Below, in pieces: positions 50,051 to 63,124 of a stretch of 64,000 nucleotides of DNA; positions within the stretch are counted from its first letter, which is position 1, and every line of letters begins with the position of its first letter. The position numbers were made by a program, and so were the translations under genes. Source of the DNA: Mobula hypostoma (lineage: Eukaryota); the NCBI RefSeq assembly GCF_963921235.1, contig NC_086097.1:137270001-137334000 (forward strand). The letters run 5' to 3'. Under the pieces are notes generated by a model. It saw only the letters and a program-made list of their open reading frames with translations, ran no database searches and was not told where the DNA came from.

Positions 50051-51370
50051 ACTTCACCCTCTCTAAATTATGCTGCCTCCTCACCCATTTAATTCTCAAT
50101 CCTCCAGACCACTTGATCAGGGAGGCACACCCTTTGTCTTTCAACAAAGTCTCAGATTCCCTTGGAAGAACAAATATCAACCAACTAGCCACAAAAAATA
50201 ATTAAAACCTAATTGTGCAAGGATAAGTCTAAATAAAGGCAATTGATGTTAGATATGTTGCCAGAATGCTGACACTGCACATTTAGACCGCTGAAATCTA
50301 ATTGCGGGTTTGGATCTGATCTGTATATCAGACTCAATCACATTATTTGAAAGGTTTTGATTTTCTCATGTTGAACTCTTACAGGGTAAAGGGATGGTAC
50401 AGAAAGGAGCATTAGCTTCCAATGGATGCTACCTGATCTGTTAATCGTTTCCAGCATTTTCTACTTTTCCAACAAAATCATGCTTTAAGCTGCAGAGGTG
50501 GGGAAGGTGGAGAGAACTACAGGAATGTCTATGATTGTAAAGACCAACTTGATGTTGGTGCTGGCAGCCAACGAGTCACGAGACCTCATTACTGACAGAT
50601 GGTCTGCTTGGAGGACATGTAAATAGAGGAAGATGATTGAGAGGAGAAAAATGCTGTAATTATGTGATAGAGACATAATCTTGGCTAGAAATGTAGAACA
50701 AAAGGGAACATTGGAAATGCACTGCAAAGTAAGGCAGTGTATGTGACAGTGGAAAATAAAAGCTACAATTATCAGTTGTGACTTTTCTTTAGAACTGGCC
50801 AGTTCTGACAGAAGCTGGAAAGGCGCGTTATCAGAAATTGATGAATTCAATATTGAGTTCTAATAACGGTAACGTGCCTGGAGACACAGTGAGGTGTATC
50901 CAGATCACATTATGTTTCTCTGAAACGGTGTAAAAGGCCAAAGCACGGAGGCCAGAGTGGGAGGGGATGGAAAATTAAGACAACTCCTGTCACCCATATG
51001 GACAGGACAGAGGAAGCCTGTTGAGCAGCCACATGATTTCTATCTGGTTTCTCCAGCATAGATTTACCTACACTGGAAGTAGTAGGCTAAATGGAAAAGA
51101 CTAATGGAACCATAGCTCACAGGAAGGAATGTTTGCGTCCCTGGTTGGTGGGAAGTGAAGAGGTAAACAAGCAGACGTATCTACCGTGGTGCATGGGAGG
51201 GAGCTGTGAGGAGGGGCTGAGAGGGTGGGGGTGTGGTAGAGGTTGGCTGACGTGGAGCAGTGAACTATCACTCCAGAACACTGAAAGCAGAGTGAGAAGG
51301 AAAATGTATTTGGTGCTGGCATCTCATTGAAGAGGTGTAAACGATAGTGAACAATCACCTGAATGATCAT

Positions 51371-51965
51371 AGTGACAGCATTAACATTTGCAACTCCTAC
51401 TTCAGCTAGTGGCTTAATCGAGGGGATGATAGCCCCCCTGGCCTGGCCAAACCTAAGAAATCTCATTTGGGTGGATGCTGTGCGGTGTTCCCTGTTACAA
51501 ATCAGTAACCTGAAATAACAAACAGTACACAATATGCGATTAAACGATTGAGCTTTATAATTCTTAATTTGACTACATGATTAGTAAAGAAACAAAAAAA
51601 GAAAAAGGGCCCATTCTCATGAAACAGTCTAATGCGCAGCATTGGAGCTCACTGATAAGTCTGTTTGTCCACCATCGATCTCCTCCAATCGTCACTGACC
51701 TTCGGACCCTCACCCCAAGTCCACCCCGTCCGGTGGTCTACTAACTCTCCATTTGTGTCTTCTCTCCTCATCTCTCCCCGGAAAAGACCATGAATTCCCG
51801 GCTCCCAGACACACAAGAAAGAACAACATCCTGCTCATTGGCTAACATGCCCCATTATCTCTAGTCATAACCCACACATCGCTGCTACAAAGAAACCATT
51901 ACCCCAGCAGTGGAACATTACCAAGAAGCCGTTACATTAGCAATAAAACCTTGCAGCGTGTTACA
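51371..51965 (-). mobile_element. Possible solo LTR inserted in an old Penelope-like fragment
   Basis: Compositionally distinct ~600-bp block ending gtgttaca (TGTAACAC on minus). Left end and TSD unclear. Confidence 0.35.
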
Positions 51966-52084
51966 CATTCAAGGTTTGATGGTCAGACAGTATCGTGTTC
52001 GCAATAATTTTTTATTTATTCATCTATGGGATGTGGGTGTCACCAGCTAAGCCAGCATTTATTGCCCATCCCTATTTTGTTTGT

Positions 52085-52366
52085 GTGGCGCGTGGCCAAG
52101 TGGTTAGGGCGTTGGACTAGTGATCTGAAGGTTGTGGGTTCGAGCCTCGGCCGAGGCAGCGTGCGTGTCCTTGAGCAAGGCACTTAACCACACAATGCTC
52201 CAGTCTACCCAGCGGAGAATGGGTACTGGCAAAAATGCTGGGGGTTGACCTCGCGATAGACTGACGTCCTATCCGGGGGGGCGGGGGGGGAGTCTTGTAC
52301 TCTCAGTCGCATAACCGGCATAAGCACTGGCCTGATGGGCCATAAGGCTCATGACAGACTTTAATT
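52085..52366 (+). mobile_element. tRNA-derived SINE (Meta/CORE-like body), young-looking copy
   Basis: A box TGGCCAAGTGG, B box GGTTCGAGCC, body gtgtccttgagcaaggcacttaac ... acctcgcgatagactgacgtcctatccggggg. CpGs retained. tattttgtt occurs on both sides (52073-52081, 52367-52375). Confidence 0.75.
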
Positions 52367-53084
52367 TATTTTGTTCAATAATAAAAAAACACTGCGATGG
52401 GTCTAGACCACATGAGGACGACAGGATTCCGAGGGTGGGTTTTACGACAATCAACATGGTTTCACGATAATCAGATTTTTTTTGTAATGAATTCAAATTC
52501 ACCGTCTGACCAGGTGGGATTCAAACTGGGCCTCTGGATTACTGATCCAGTGGTGATTACCACTACACCAAATCTCCCCACATTTGTCAACCCATAGCTG
52601 TCCAGATCTTAATGCATTCAGGTGTGTTTTGGATCTGAGGAATTAGGAATGGAAGTGAACGTTGTACAATCGTCTGCAAACATTAACTGCGGAGTTTGGA
52701 ACATTCCAATCCCTTGGCAATCTGTCTTTAAAGCTCTTAAAATGTCCTCCATTAACCTTTCCATTTCCCCTCCTCTTTTAAACAGTCCTTAAAAGCTTGG
52801 AATTTTCTCCCAGCTAAAAGGCGCAATATAAAAACATGTCCTTGTTGTACATGTAACCCTTAATAAACGCCAATCAAAATTCACATATAGTAAACTCACA
52901 GTTCGCCAGTATTTGTGCAGCTGGAATTCCAGCAAAAATTTGTTTTTATGAAGATAAGCTCAAACAGTAAATTACATTTCATGGATTATGGAAAATAAAT
53001 GTGAAAAGATGTTTTTGCTTTATTTATACTTGTATATAAATATATAAGTACATGTATAAACATAAATAGATTCAGAACTGGCTT

Positions 53085-54490
53085 GCCTACATAAGGTAGA
53101 GGGTGGTTGTAGATGGAGCGTATTCTGCCTGGAGGTCAGTGACCAGCTGAGTTGTGCAGGAATCTGTTCTGGGACCCCTGCTCTTTGAGATTTTTATAAT
53201 TGGATAAGGAACTGGAAGGATTACTAAATTTGCAAATGACATGAAAGTTGGTGGTGTTTTGAATGATGTAGAAGGTTCTCGTAGGTTACTACGGGACAAT
53301 GATAGGAGGCAGAGCTGGGCTGAGAGTGACAGATGCAGTTCAATCTGGAAAAGTGTGAAGTGATGCCCTTTGGAAGGTCAAACGTAAAAGCAGAGTACAG
53401 GGTTAATGGCAGAATTCCTCATAGTGTGGGGGAACAGAGGGGGATCTTGGGGTCCATGTCCATAGATCCCTCAAAACTGCCGCACAAGTTGATAGGGTAG
53501 TTAAGAAGACATATGGTGCGTTGGCCTTTGTTAGTCAGCGAACTGAATTCAAGAGCCACAAGGTACTGTTGCAGCTCTATAAAATTCTGGTTAGACCACA
53601 TTTGGGAGTATTCTGTTCAGGTCTGGCAACCTCATTATAGGAAGGATGTGGAAGCTTTAGAAAAGGTGCAGAGAAGATTTACTAGAATGCAAAGAAGGAT
53701 GAAACTTGATAGAGATGTACAAGCTAATAAGAGGCATAGACAGATTAGAGGCTTGGACAGCCAGCAACTTTTTCCCAGGACAGAAATGGCTGATACAAGA
53801 AGGCATGATTTTAAGGCGATTGGAGAGAAGTATAGGGGGTTGTCAGAGGTAGTATTTTTGCACAGAGAGTGTGAGGGCACTGCCAGGGTTGGTGGCAGAG
53901 GCAGATACTGTATATTAGGGACTTTTAAGAGACTCTTAGATAGGCATATCCTCAAAGAGGACCACAATCTTGTCGTGGTTTGGAGGCTTGCGTGCCTCAC
54001 TGAGCTGGAGGGCTATGCTAGATGGAGTCAGGCTTTACACTTTGGGTCTTGGTAGGGTCATCCATGTCAAACAGATCAAAGAGTAGAGGCCAGACTAAGA
54101 GTGGTCCACCGATCCTCCAGGTTTGAGGGTTCAGCTTAGGGCTAACAACCCTGACTGGTCAAACAAAACTGTTAAGAAAACAGCGATGAAGAATCTTTCT
54201 CCAGCTTAGAGCGACAGTACCCCTGAGTCTCCACCTGGGACTTGCATGACTGACAGCAAACCGAGAGGAAGCTACTGACACGAAGCCGTGAACTCCGCCA
54301 GAGATGGAGGACCCTCATTGCTGCCCTAAACACCAGTGGCATAACGGGCAAAAGAAGAAGATAGGCACGTGGATGAAAGGAAAATGGAGGGCTATGTGTG
54401 AGGGAAAGGTTAGATTGATCATGGAATGGATTAAAATGTCAGCACATCGTGGGCCGAAAGGCCTATACTTTGCCGTGCGTACCATGTTCG
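53085..54490 (+). mobile_element. CR1 LINE 3' fragment interrupted at 53947-54358
   Basis: ORF 53513-54055 (EYSVQVWQPHYRKDVEALEKVQRRFTRM); the CR1 3' UTR resumes after 54367. Confidence 0.85.
53947..54358 (+). mobile_element. Bipartite RTE-derived non-autonomous element (RTE-like 5' UTR fused to 3' end, (AAG)n tail)
   Basis: 9-bp TSD agataggca (53938-53946 / 54359-54367). The 5' end ggaccacaatcttgtcgtgg resembles RTE/BovB 5' ends as I recall them. Ends in ...gggcaaaagaagaag. Confidence 0.55.
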
Positions 54491-55309
54491 ACCGTCTATA
54501 AGACAATGCAGTTGTAAACTGATTGGCAGCAACATCCTCTTTGAAGATCTGGTACTTCATGTGACGGCAATTTCAGTCATTCATTTGATTTAGTTGTGCT
54601 GTTGTTAATATTAATACTGTTTGAGGTATAAAACATTATTATTTAAAAGAGTATGGTGACAACAAATGGTTCATCAATTTACCAAAAGGATTGCACACAG
54701 AATACTAGTGCGTGATGTAATGTTTTTTGAGCATTTCTCACGCATCTGACACCCCCATTTCCCATGGACGGCAGATTGCTGAGGGGGTTCTGTATACAAT
54801 CTTCACTTTATCAATACATGCTGCTGAAACTCTATTTAATTTGCCTTTTACCAAATATACCGTAGTTGTCATCAGGCCACCTCACTAAGGTGAGTATTAA
54901 TCCTATCCTTCACTATGGCCTCTGTAACCATATTCCCACATGAAATGTTAAGCTTTGGACCAGTCAGTTAGGTAGAAATATATTTTCAAAAATGCATTCC
55001 AGTTTATACATTACCTCAACTTTACATTTTCTCAACATTGTCGGAGGTTACAACCATAGGACAATTGCCAAAAGAAGTGAAGAGGCAGGCAGCAGGTTAT
55101 CCATTGATGAGGAAGACACTCTCAGTTTCAGCTCACAAACTGGTGTACTGGGCTGTTGGGCTGACAATCCATGATAGCGACAGAGGCCTGCACTGCCATG
55201 CTTGTTAGCCCTAGTCTGAAACCTGCTGAGGAAAGTTGTTTGATACATAAAGTCCAGGCACTTATCCCTGCAAACATACTAAGTCTACAACATTTCTATC
55301 ACTGCTATT

Positions 55310-55925
55310 CAGGGCCTACACAGTCCTTGCAGATAAGGCAGTTGTTTGCTTGTGAATCCATTGGTGTCATTTACTGCATCTGGTGCTCCCGCTGCAGCCT
55401 TATCTACATCAGTGAGAGCCAACGCAGACTGGCAGATCGCTTTGTCCGGGGCCTTTGCTCAGTTCGGCATACCAGCTGGAATCTCCCAGTGGCCAGCCAT
55501 TTTAATTCCACTTCCCATTCCCACACCAACATGTCTGTCACAGCCTCCTCTACTGCCAAATTGAGAGTCATCAGCCACATTTTCCTCTCACCAGTTCCCT
55601 TTCCACTTCTGTGGTCCACTGCCCTCTCCTATCAGACTCCACCTTCTTCAGCCCCTTGTCACCTCCACCTACCATCTCTTACATTATTCCCACTCTCCCC
55701 CTTTCTCACCTACCTATCAACCCACACCCTCCCCCCTCCACCAGCCGTCAGCTCTTTCTCCACTCCTTCCTGTCACCTTTTTGCACTGGCCATCTCCTCT
55801 CTTTCTTGGGTCTCAACACAAAACGCTGACTGTCCATTTCCTTCCATAGATATTGCTTGACCTGTTGAGTTCCTCCAGCGTTTTGTGTGTTGCTCCAGAT
55901 TTCCAGCATCTTAAGTCTCTTGTGT
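55310..55925 (+). mobile_element. Penelope-like element 3' part with GIY-YIG endonuclease remnant
   Basis: ORF 55171-55860 contains FACESIGVIYCIWCSRCSLIYISESQRRLADRF...LPVASHFNSTSHSH, followed by a CT-rich tract and the pLTR end (gagttcctccagc...ttccagcatct). Confidence 0.8.
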
Positions 55926-58496
55926 CCTGATACATCAATTACTGACTCTGAGGACTGCTACCTACACCAAGCTGGAAGACATTGTTGTTTAGCACTACAG
56001 CCTCAGTACAAGCCCCTGCTGTCCTGCAACGGCTCTGCCAAAGAAATCTATACTTCTGACAGTATCATCAGCTTTCTTTGCTGACCTGGACTCTGAAAGC
56101 AGAGGTCTCCCGGGACAAGGATTTTTATAGATGCACCATTTGCTTTCGATCACCTTGTCACATCCCAAACAGTGTAGAGATTGATGTGTTACAGCCAGGG
56201 AGCTTCTAATGAATCTTCTAGCTTCAGCAAAGGCATGGACATGTATTAACTCTCTCTGCAGATGCACCTATTCTAGAGCTGGTAGAAGAATTGGGACAAA
56301 ATCAGCCAGACTTTTATGGATTCCAGAGAAAGGTGAGCTGGGAAACCCCCAAAACCCCTCTCATCAGTGACACTGAACTCGAGTCATCAAAAGTAGCCAG
56401 GGTCAAAGGAATGGCAACCGTGAGAAAGGCCTTTAAATGACAACCCAGAAAAATGAACAGCAGAATAAGAGCTGACGTTACACTGCAGTATTAAGGGAGC
56501 ATGGCAATGTTTTTGGTGCCGTCTTTCAGAAGAGACTTTAACCTGAGGCACTTGATACTGCAGATGTGACATTGAAACTACTGGCACTAATACGAAGAGT
56601 AGTGAAATTCACTTTCTCTATAACACATTATCCAATCATTGTCATGTTAGGAGCTTGATATTCACAAATTAGCTTCCACTTTTCCCAAATGAGTCATGCC
56701 TCAATTTTACTGGTGGGACAGGTATTACGAAAACTTGGGAATAGCCTTACAATGTGTCACAACAAGCCACAGCATTTACTAAGACTCAAAAGGCAGGAGA
56801 TTATAAATTTATATTAGAGGACTAACACAATTGGTGATCTGTACTTACAGTGGCTGGTGTCATAGAGCCATAGAGCACCACAGCACAAAAATAGGCCTTT
56901 TGGCCCACTTAATCTGTGCTAGCCTGCTCTTTTGCCTAGTCCCATCTACCTGCACTCAGACCGACACCCTCCATACTTCTCATATCTATCACCTCCATTG
57001 GCAGTTCCCGTTCCACAATCTCACCACCCTCTGAGTGAAGAAGTTCCCCCTCAATAGTTCACCCTTCATCCTGAACCTTTAGTTCTAGTCTCACTCAGCC
57101 TGGAGTGGGTGCCATTTCCAATTTTAAACACAGCAACTTGATGAGCCTTCTTTGTTAACAGAACAGAAAAGCCTACAAGAAGTAATGGATACGGCCAAGT
57201 CCATCACGGGTACAGCACTACAGCTATAACAAGACAGTATCAGCAGAGACCAGTGTCCAAAATCCCTATCGTCTAGACGGGAAACAGTTCTACAAGATCA
57301 TACTAAGGCACTTGGTGAAGTTTTGTACAAGTTTGTGAATTGATTTACTGTGGATAATCAACTATTTCATCCAACGAACCAAGACCGCAAGCCACCCAGA
57401 TGAAGAACCAGGGTGGGAACAAAATGTGTAATGACACAGAGGATTTAATACGGTAGGATGTATAAACTTATTTTCATTTGAAGAGTTCGAATTTGATTTT
57501 CTGCAAGAACTGATTATTTTTGCACAGACTTTGATAAGTTACTGAATGAGATTTACTTTGTTTAAGAGTTGTGATATTGGAGAATTGTCGTTAAAGGAGT
57601 TAAACTGTGTATATATAATTTTTGAATTTGAGTTTAAACTTGTAGATATACTGCCTGGAACTGAAACTGAAATTAACTATAATACCTAAGAATAGGAAAT
57701 ATATTTGATTTTATAACTAACTAGTGATAAGTAAAAAAGGAAGTTTACTTTACACTTTATACTTTATTGTCACCAAACGATTGATACGAGAGCGTACAAT
57801 CATCACAGCGATATTTGATTCTGCGCTTCCTGCTCCCTGGAGTACAAATCGACAGTAAATATTAAAAATTTAAATTATAAATCATAAATAGAAAATCGAA
57901 AAAGGAAAGTAAGGTAGTGCAAAAACAAAAGTAAGTTTAGTCTGTAAACTTGTAAATAGGGAATAACACTAGATCTAATTAGAGAAATTGGAGTAACAGA
58001 GGTTATTTTAATGAATATCACTGATTCTAACCAAACAGGAATTTGGCTTTTGTTGATATCTAAGATTTGGAACATAAACAGAACATTTGTATTTTGAATT
58101 GTTCTTGCTCAAGTAAATATTTTGTACATATTGCTTTTTCTTATAAACAAAACCTTATTTCTAGAAGTGTGTGGTTTCTATTCACTGCCTCCTTCCGATA
58201 CCTGGATTCTTCTGATGGCTATTAGCACCCAGTGTAACTTGATCTTCTCTAAAGAGTGCGACGACTAGTCACTCACGTTAAGACTGGAGCTACACAGGTG
58301 TTACAAAAGCCTGGATCGTCAATGACCTCCACCATCCAGGCCATACTCTCTTCTCAGGGCTGCGATCGGGAGGATGGTACAGGAGCCTCAGGACCCACTC
58401 CACCAGGTTCAGGAACAGCTATTACCCCTCAAGCAAGGGGTGCTTGATAATGTCACTCAACCTCACTCACTCCATCACTGAAAGGCTCCCTTTCAA

Positions 58497-60297
58497 GAAG
58501 AGCAAGAGGAAGAGGATAAGACGTGAAAGAATAGGACCTATCAAGTGTGGCAGTGGGAAAGTGTGTATGGAACCGGAGGAAATAGCAGAGATACTTAATG
58601 AATGCTTTACTTCAGTATTCAGTATGGAAAAGGACTTGGCAATTGTAGGGATGACTGACAGCGGACTGAAAAGCTAGAGCATGTAGATATTAAGAAAGAG
58701 GATGTGCTGAAGGTTTTGGAAAGCATCAAGTTGGTTAAGTCACCTGGACCAGATGAGATGTACCCCAGGCTACTGTGGGAGGTGAGGGAGGAGATTGCTG
58801 AGCCCCTGGCGATGATCTTTGCATCATCAACGGGGAAGGGAGAGGTTCTGGAGGATTGGAGGGTTGTGGATTTTGTTCCCTTATTCAAGAAAGGGAGTAG
58901 AAATAGCCCAGGAAATTATAGATCAGTGAGTCTTACCTCAGTGGTTGGTAACTTGATGGAGAAGATCCTGATAGGCAGGATTTATGAACATTTGGAGAGG
59001 CATAATATGATTAGGAATAGTCAGCATGGCTTTGTCAAGGGCAGGTCGTGCCTTACGAGCCTGATTGAATTTTTTGAGGATGTGACTAAACACATTGCTG
59101 AAGGAAGAGCAGTAGATGTAGTGTATATGGATTTCAGCAAGACATTTGATAAGGTACCCCACGCAAGGCTTATTGAGAAAGTAAGGAGGCATGGGATCCA
59201 AGGGGACATTGCTTTGTGGATCCAGAACTGGCTTGCCCACAGAAGACAAAGAGTGGTTGTAGACGGGTCATATTCTGCATGGAGGTCGATGACCAGTGGT
59301 GTGCCTCAGGGATCTGTTCTGGGACCCCTACTCTTCATGATTTTTATAATTGACCTGGATGAGGAAGTGGAGGAATAGGTTAGTAAGTTTGCTGATGACA
59401 CAAAGGTTGGGGGTGTTGTGGATAGTGTGGAGGGCTGTCAGAAGTTACAGCGGGACATTGATAGGATGCAAAACTGGGCTGAGAAGTGGCAGATGGAGTT
59501 CAACCCTGATAAGTGTGAAGTGCTTCATTTTGGTAGGTCAAATATGATGGCAGAATATAGTATTAATGGTAAGACTCTTGGCAGTGTGGAGGATCAGAGG
59601 GATCTTGGGGTCCGAGTCCATAGGACGCTCAGAGCAGCTGTGCAGGTTGACTCTGTGGTTAAGAAGGCATACGATGTATTGGCCTTCATCAATCATGGAA
59701 TTGAATTTAGAAGCCGAGAGATAATGTTGCAGCTATATAGGACCCTGGTCAGACCCCACTTGAAGTACTGTGCTCAGTTCTGGTCACCTCACTACAGGAA
59801 GGATGTGGAAACCATAGAAAGGGTGCAGAGGAGATTTACAAGGGTGTTGCCTGGATTGAGGAGCATGCCTTATGAGAATAGGTTGAGTGAACTCAGCCTT
59901 TTCTCCTTGGAGTGACAGAGGATGAGAGGTGACCTGATAGAGGTGTATAAGATGATGAGAGGCATTGATCATGTGGATAGTCAGAGGCTTTTTCCCAGGA
60001 CTGAAATGGCTGCCACAAGAGGGCACAGGTTTAAGGTGCTTGGGAGTAGATACAGAGGAGATGTCAGAGGTAAGTTCTTTTATGCAGAGAGTGGTGAGTG
60101 TGTGGAATGGGCTGCCAGTAACGGTGGTTGAGGTGGATACAATAGGTTCTTTTAAGAGACTTTTGGATAGGTGCATGGAGCTTAGAAAAATAGAGGGCTA
60201 TGGGTAAGCCTAATGATTTCTAAGGTAGGAACATGTTCGGCACAACTTTGTGGACTGAAGGGCCTGTATTGTGCTGTAGGTTTTCTGTGTTTCTATG
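58497..60297 (+). mobile_element. CR1 LINE, 5'-truncated (RT domain plus 3' end)
   Basis: ORFs 58704-59378 and 59418-59915: [61 protein letters not shown]. In-frame stops. 3' tail ttctgtgtttctatg. Confidence 0.95.
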
Positions 60298-63124
60298 ACC
60301 TCACCTCATTTTCTCAATATTTATTTATTTATTTATTTATCTCCTCTTTCCCCCCCCCCCCTTTTCTCCTTTCTTTTTCTATTTGCACAGTCTGCTGACT
60401 TTTGCATATTGGTTGTTTGTCTGTTCTGTTGTGTACAGTTTTTCATTGTGCTTCTTGTATTTACTGTGATTACCCACAAGAAAATGAATCTTAGGGTTTT
60501 ATATGGTGACGTGTATACTGCATGCACTTTGATAATAAACTTACTTTGAACTGATCTATAGCAAGCACTACTTGTAGGTTGCCTTCCAAGTCACAGCCTG
60601 TACTGATCTGTCAACATATCACCACTCCTTCAGCACCCTCTCAGCGCTCATCGCCATCTTCTCATGAGAAATAAAAGATGGGCAATATCATGGCACTTAC
60701 TCTTCATACATTCTGAAGCAGCTTGGGATGTTATGACCTTGCAAAAGAATCAAATTTTCTTTTTACATGGTATCAAGCAAACTAGCTCTGACAGGGGAGA
60801 AGAGTGTGGAGGTACAAAAGGCAGAATGGGAAACAGGAAATACTGTGAAGAGGCAGTCGCAGACACAGATGACCAATGTGGACCTGTTGGCCTGAATGGC
60901 TTATTTCTATGCCATAAATCGTATGCTATTTCCTTTCTCCTATATGTATTTTACATCATTATCAAACCAGCTGAGAATGAGGGATTTTTCAGACATGTGT
61001 TGCACCACTTACTTGGAGAGGCAAAGATATTTCTGGGAAAAGTGAGGCCGTTACTGCCACTTACAGACCAAGCAACAACATTTACAGCAAATATCTGTGC
61101 ACCCTGTTCTCTAAGACCTCCTCCAGGCCTACCACATTCTAAAGTCACCACAGTCCTCTAACTCCTATTTTCCCTCCCTTCGCCACTAGCAAAAGCTGTA
61201 TCCCAAGCCTAGGAATTCCCTCCCAAAACCCCCTTCTCTTAAAATGTTGCTTAAAACCTCTCTCTTTGGTCAAACCTTCTGGCAGTTCCACAAACATTTC
61301 CTGCTTTGGCTCAGTGTAAAACTTGTTGGAAGTTATTCCTGTGATGTAGTCTGGAGACATTTGCTAGTGTCTGAGATGCCATATAAAATACAAATTGTGT
61401 TGTTAATGATGAAATCTATTTGGAAGAAAAGATACATCCAACAGTAGATGGCGATGTTACAAAAGTCAAGACAATGATGGAAGATTCAGGGCCATGGGTT
61501 TATTTGCATGTGGTGGATGTAGTGACACTGACATCACATGGTGGCAGAAAAAGTCTTCACTACAATAACACCTTTTACCAATGCAGATCAGCCAAAAAAA
61601 CTTCACACAGACAACACAATAATTATATGATGCTGGAACACAGCCAGTTCCCACAAAAAGTATGTTGATAATACCCTGATAATTCTTGGTTGACAGATAA
61701 ACATTGGCCTGCATGCTGTGGATAACACCTCAGCTTCCTGCAAGAGACACAACATGTCAACCGGAGGAGGCTAACAGGGCCTCTGACAGAGCAATTCTCC
61801 CTCAGTACCACTGTCTCAGCACCAGTCTACAGTTTGCATCTGAGTTGCTAGAGAGGGACTTAAACCCCTGGCCTTCAAATCCAGAGGCAGAATGCCTGGT
61901 AATTGCTACTGTTTCCATTATGTTCTTATCAATTCTCTGGATTTTAGATGGTTCATCTCATTTCCAGATTGTTGTTTCTCTTCCCCCTAGTCAATTCAAA
62001 TAGGATTTCACCATGGCAATACTAGCATCTTTTTTTAGACACAACAATTTCCTGATACTTGATTTCAATTGATTTATAGGGTCAGGTTGCGTCCTTAACA
62101 ATACAATCTATGCTTAAAACGTTCTTTGATCTCAAAAGCAGATGCTGCAAGAACTCATTGGGACACAGTGCATTTGTGCAGGCAAAAGGTGAAAATCAAT
62201 GTTTCAGATTGAGACCCTGTATCAGGACTGAGAGGAAAGAGGGAAGACTGCCAAGTAAATTAAGAGTCAATCTACGCCTTTTTCCACCACAGATGCTGCC
62301 TGACCCACTGAGGTCTTACAGCATTCAGATTTCTGCTCCAGATCCCAGCATTGCCAGTCTCTTTTGTCTTCATTCTTTCACCTCACCCTTCTTCACACAG
62401 TTACAGGCAGAACCCTTCCTACTATCAAAACAACATCTTCAAGAGTTGGTGCTTCAAGAAGATGGCATTCATCACGAAGGACCCTTACCATCTGGCACAT
62501 GTCCTCATCTCACTGATTATCATCAGGGAGCCTTAAGATCCACACTCAGTGATTTAGAAACACCTTCTTCCCCTCCACCATCAGAGTTCTGAACAGTCCA
62601 CCAACACTACCTTGTTTTTTTTTGCTGCACTATTTTGTTTTGGAACTTAGAGTAATTTTATTCCTTTGTGCTGTATTGCTGTAGCAAAGCAAAACAAAAA
62701 TTCACATCATATAAGACAATGATGATGAATCTGATTCTGATTTTCTGCAACTCCCATGACCTTCCTATCCTGGCCTCCTCCGCACACCCTGCATTTCCAT
62801 CAACCCACTAATGAAAGCTGTTTCTCCAGCTCCCTCTCCATAAACCCTGGCGTGCCCTCCCTCAACCGTACTTTGTCTTTTATGCTTAAACCCTATCACT
62901 AATCAACAGCAATCTCTCCAACAGACTTGATGTCAAACTTTGTCTGCTAATGCTCCACTGATGGACCCGGCACCATTTTACTACACTCTAAGGTACAAGG
63001 TATTGTTCTTTGTAGCACAAGAGAATTCCAAGAAACCTCAAGCTACTAAACTCAAAACTGAGAGAAACTGAAAGTCAGTTCTTGCACAGTTAATAATAAT
63101 CCATTAATTACACAAAGATAGAAG

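Noticed and set aside
52085..52157. Possible tRNA gene
   Set aside because: A/B boxes are present, but they are followed directly by a SINE body with no poly-T terminator.
52990..53070. AT-rich stretch with poly(A)-signal-like motifs, possibly the 3' end of a convergent neighbouring gene
   Set aside because: No coding exons of another gene are recognisable in the window, and the motifs alone are insufficient.
60664..62592. 165-aa and 160-aa ORFs
   Set aside because: No recognisable domains; they overlap degenerate repeat fragments and have lengths compatible with chance.
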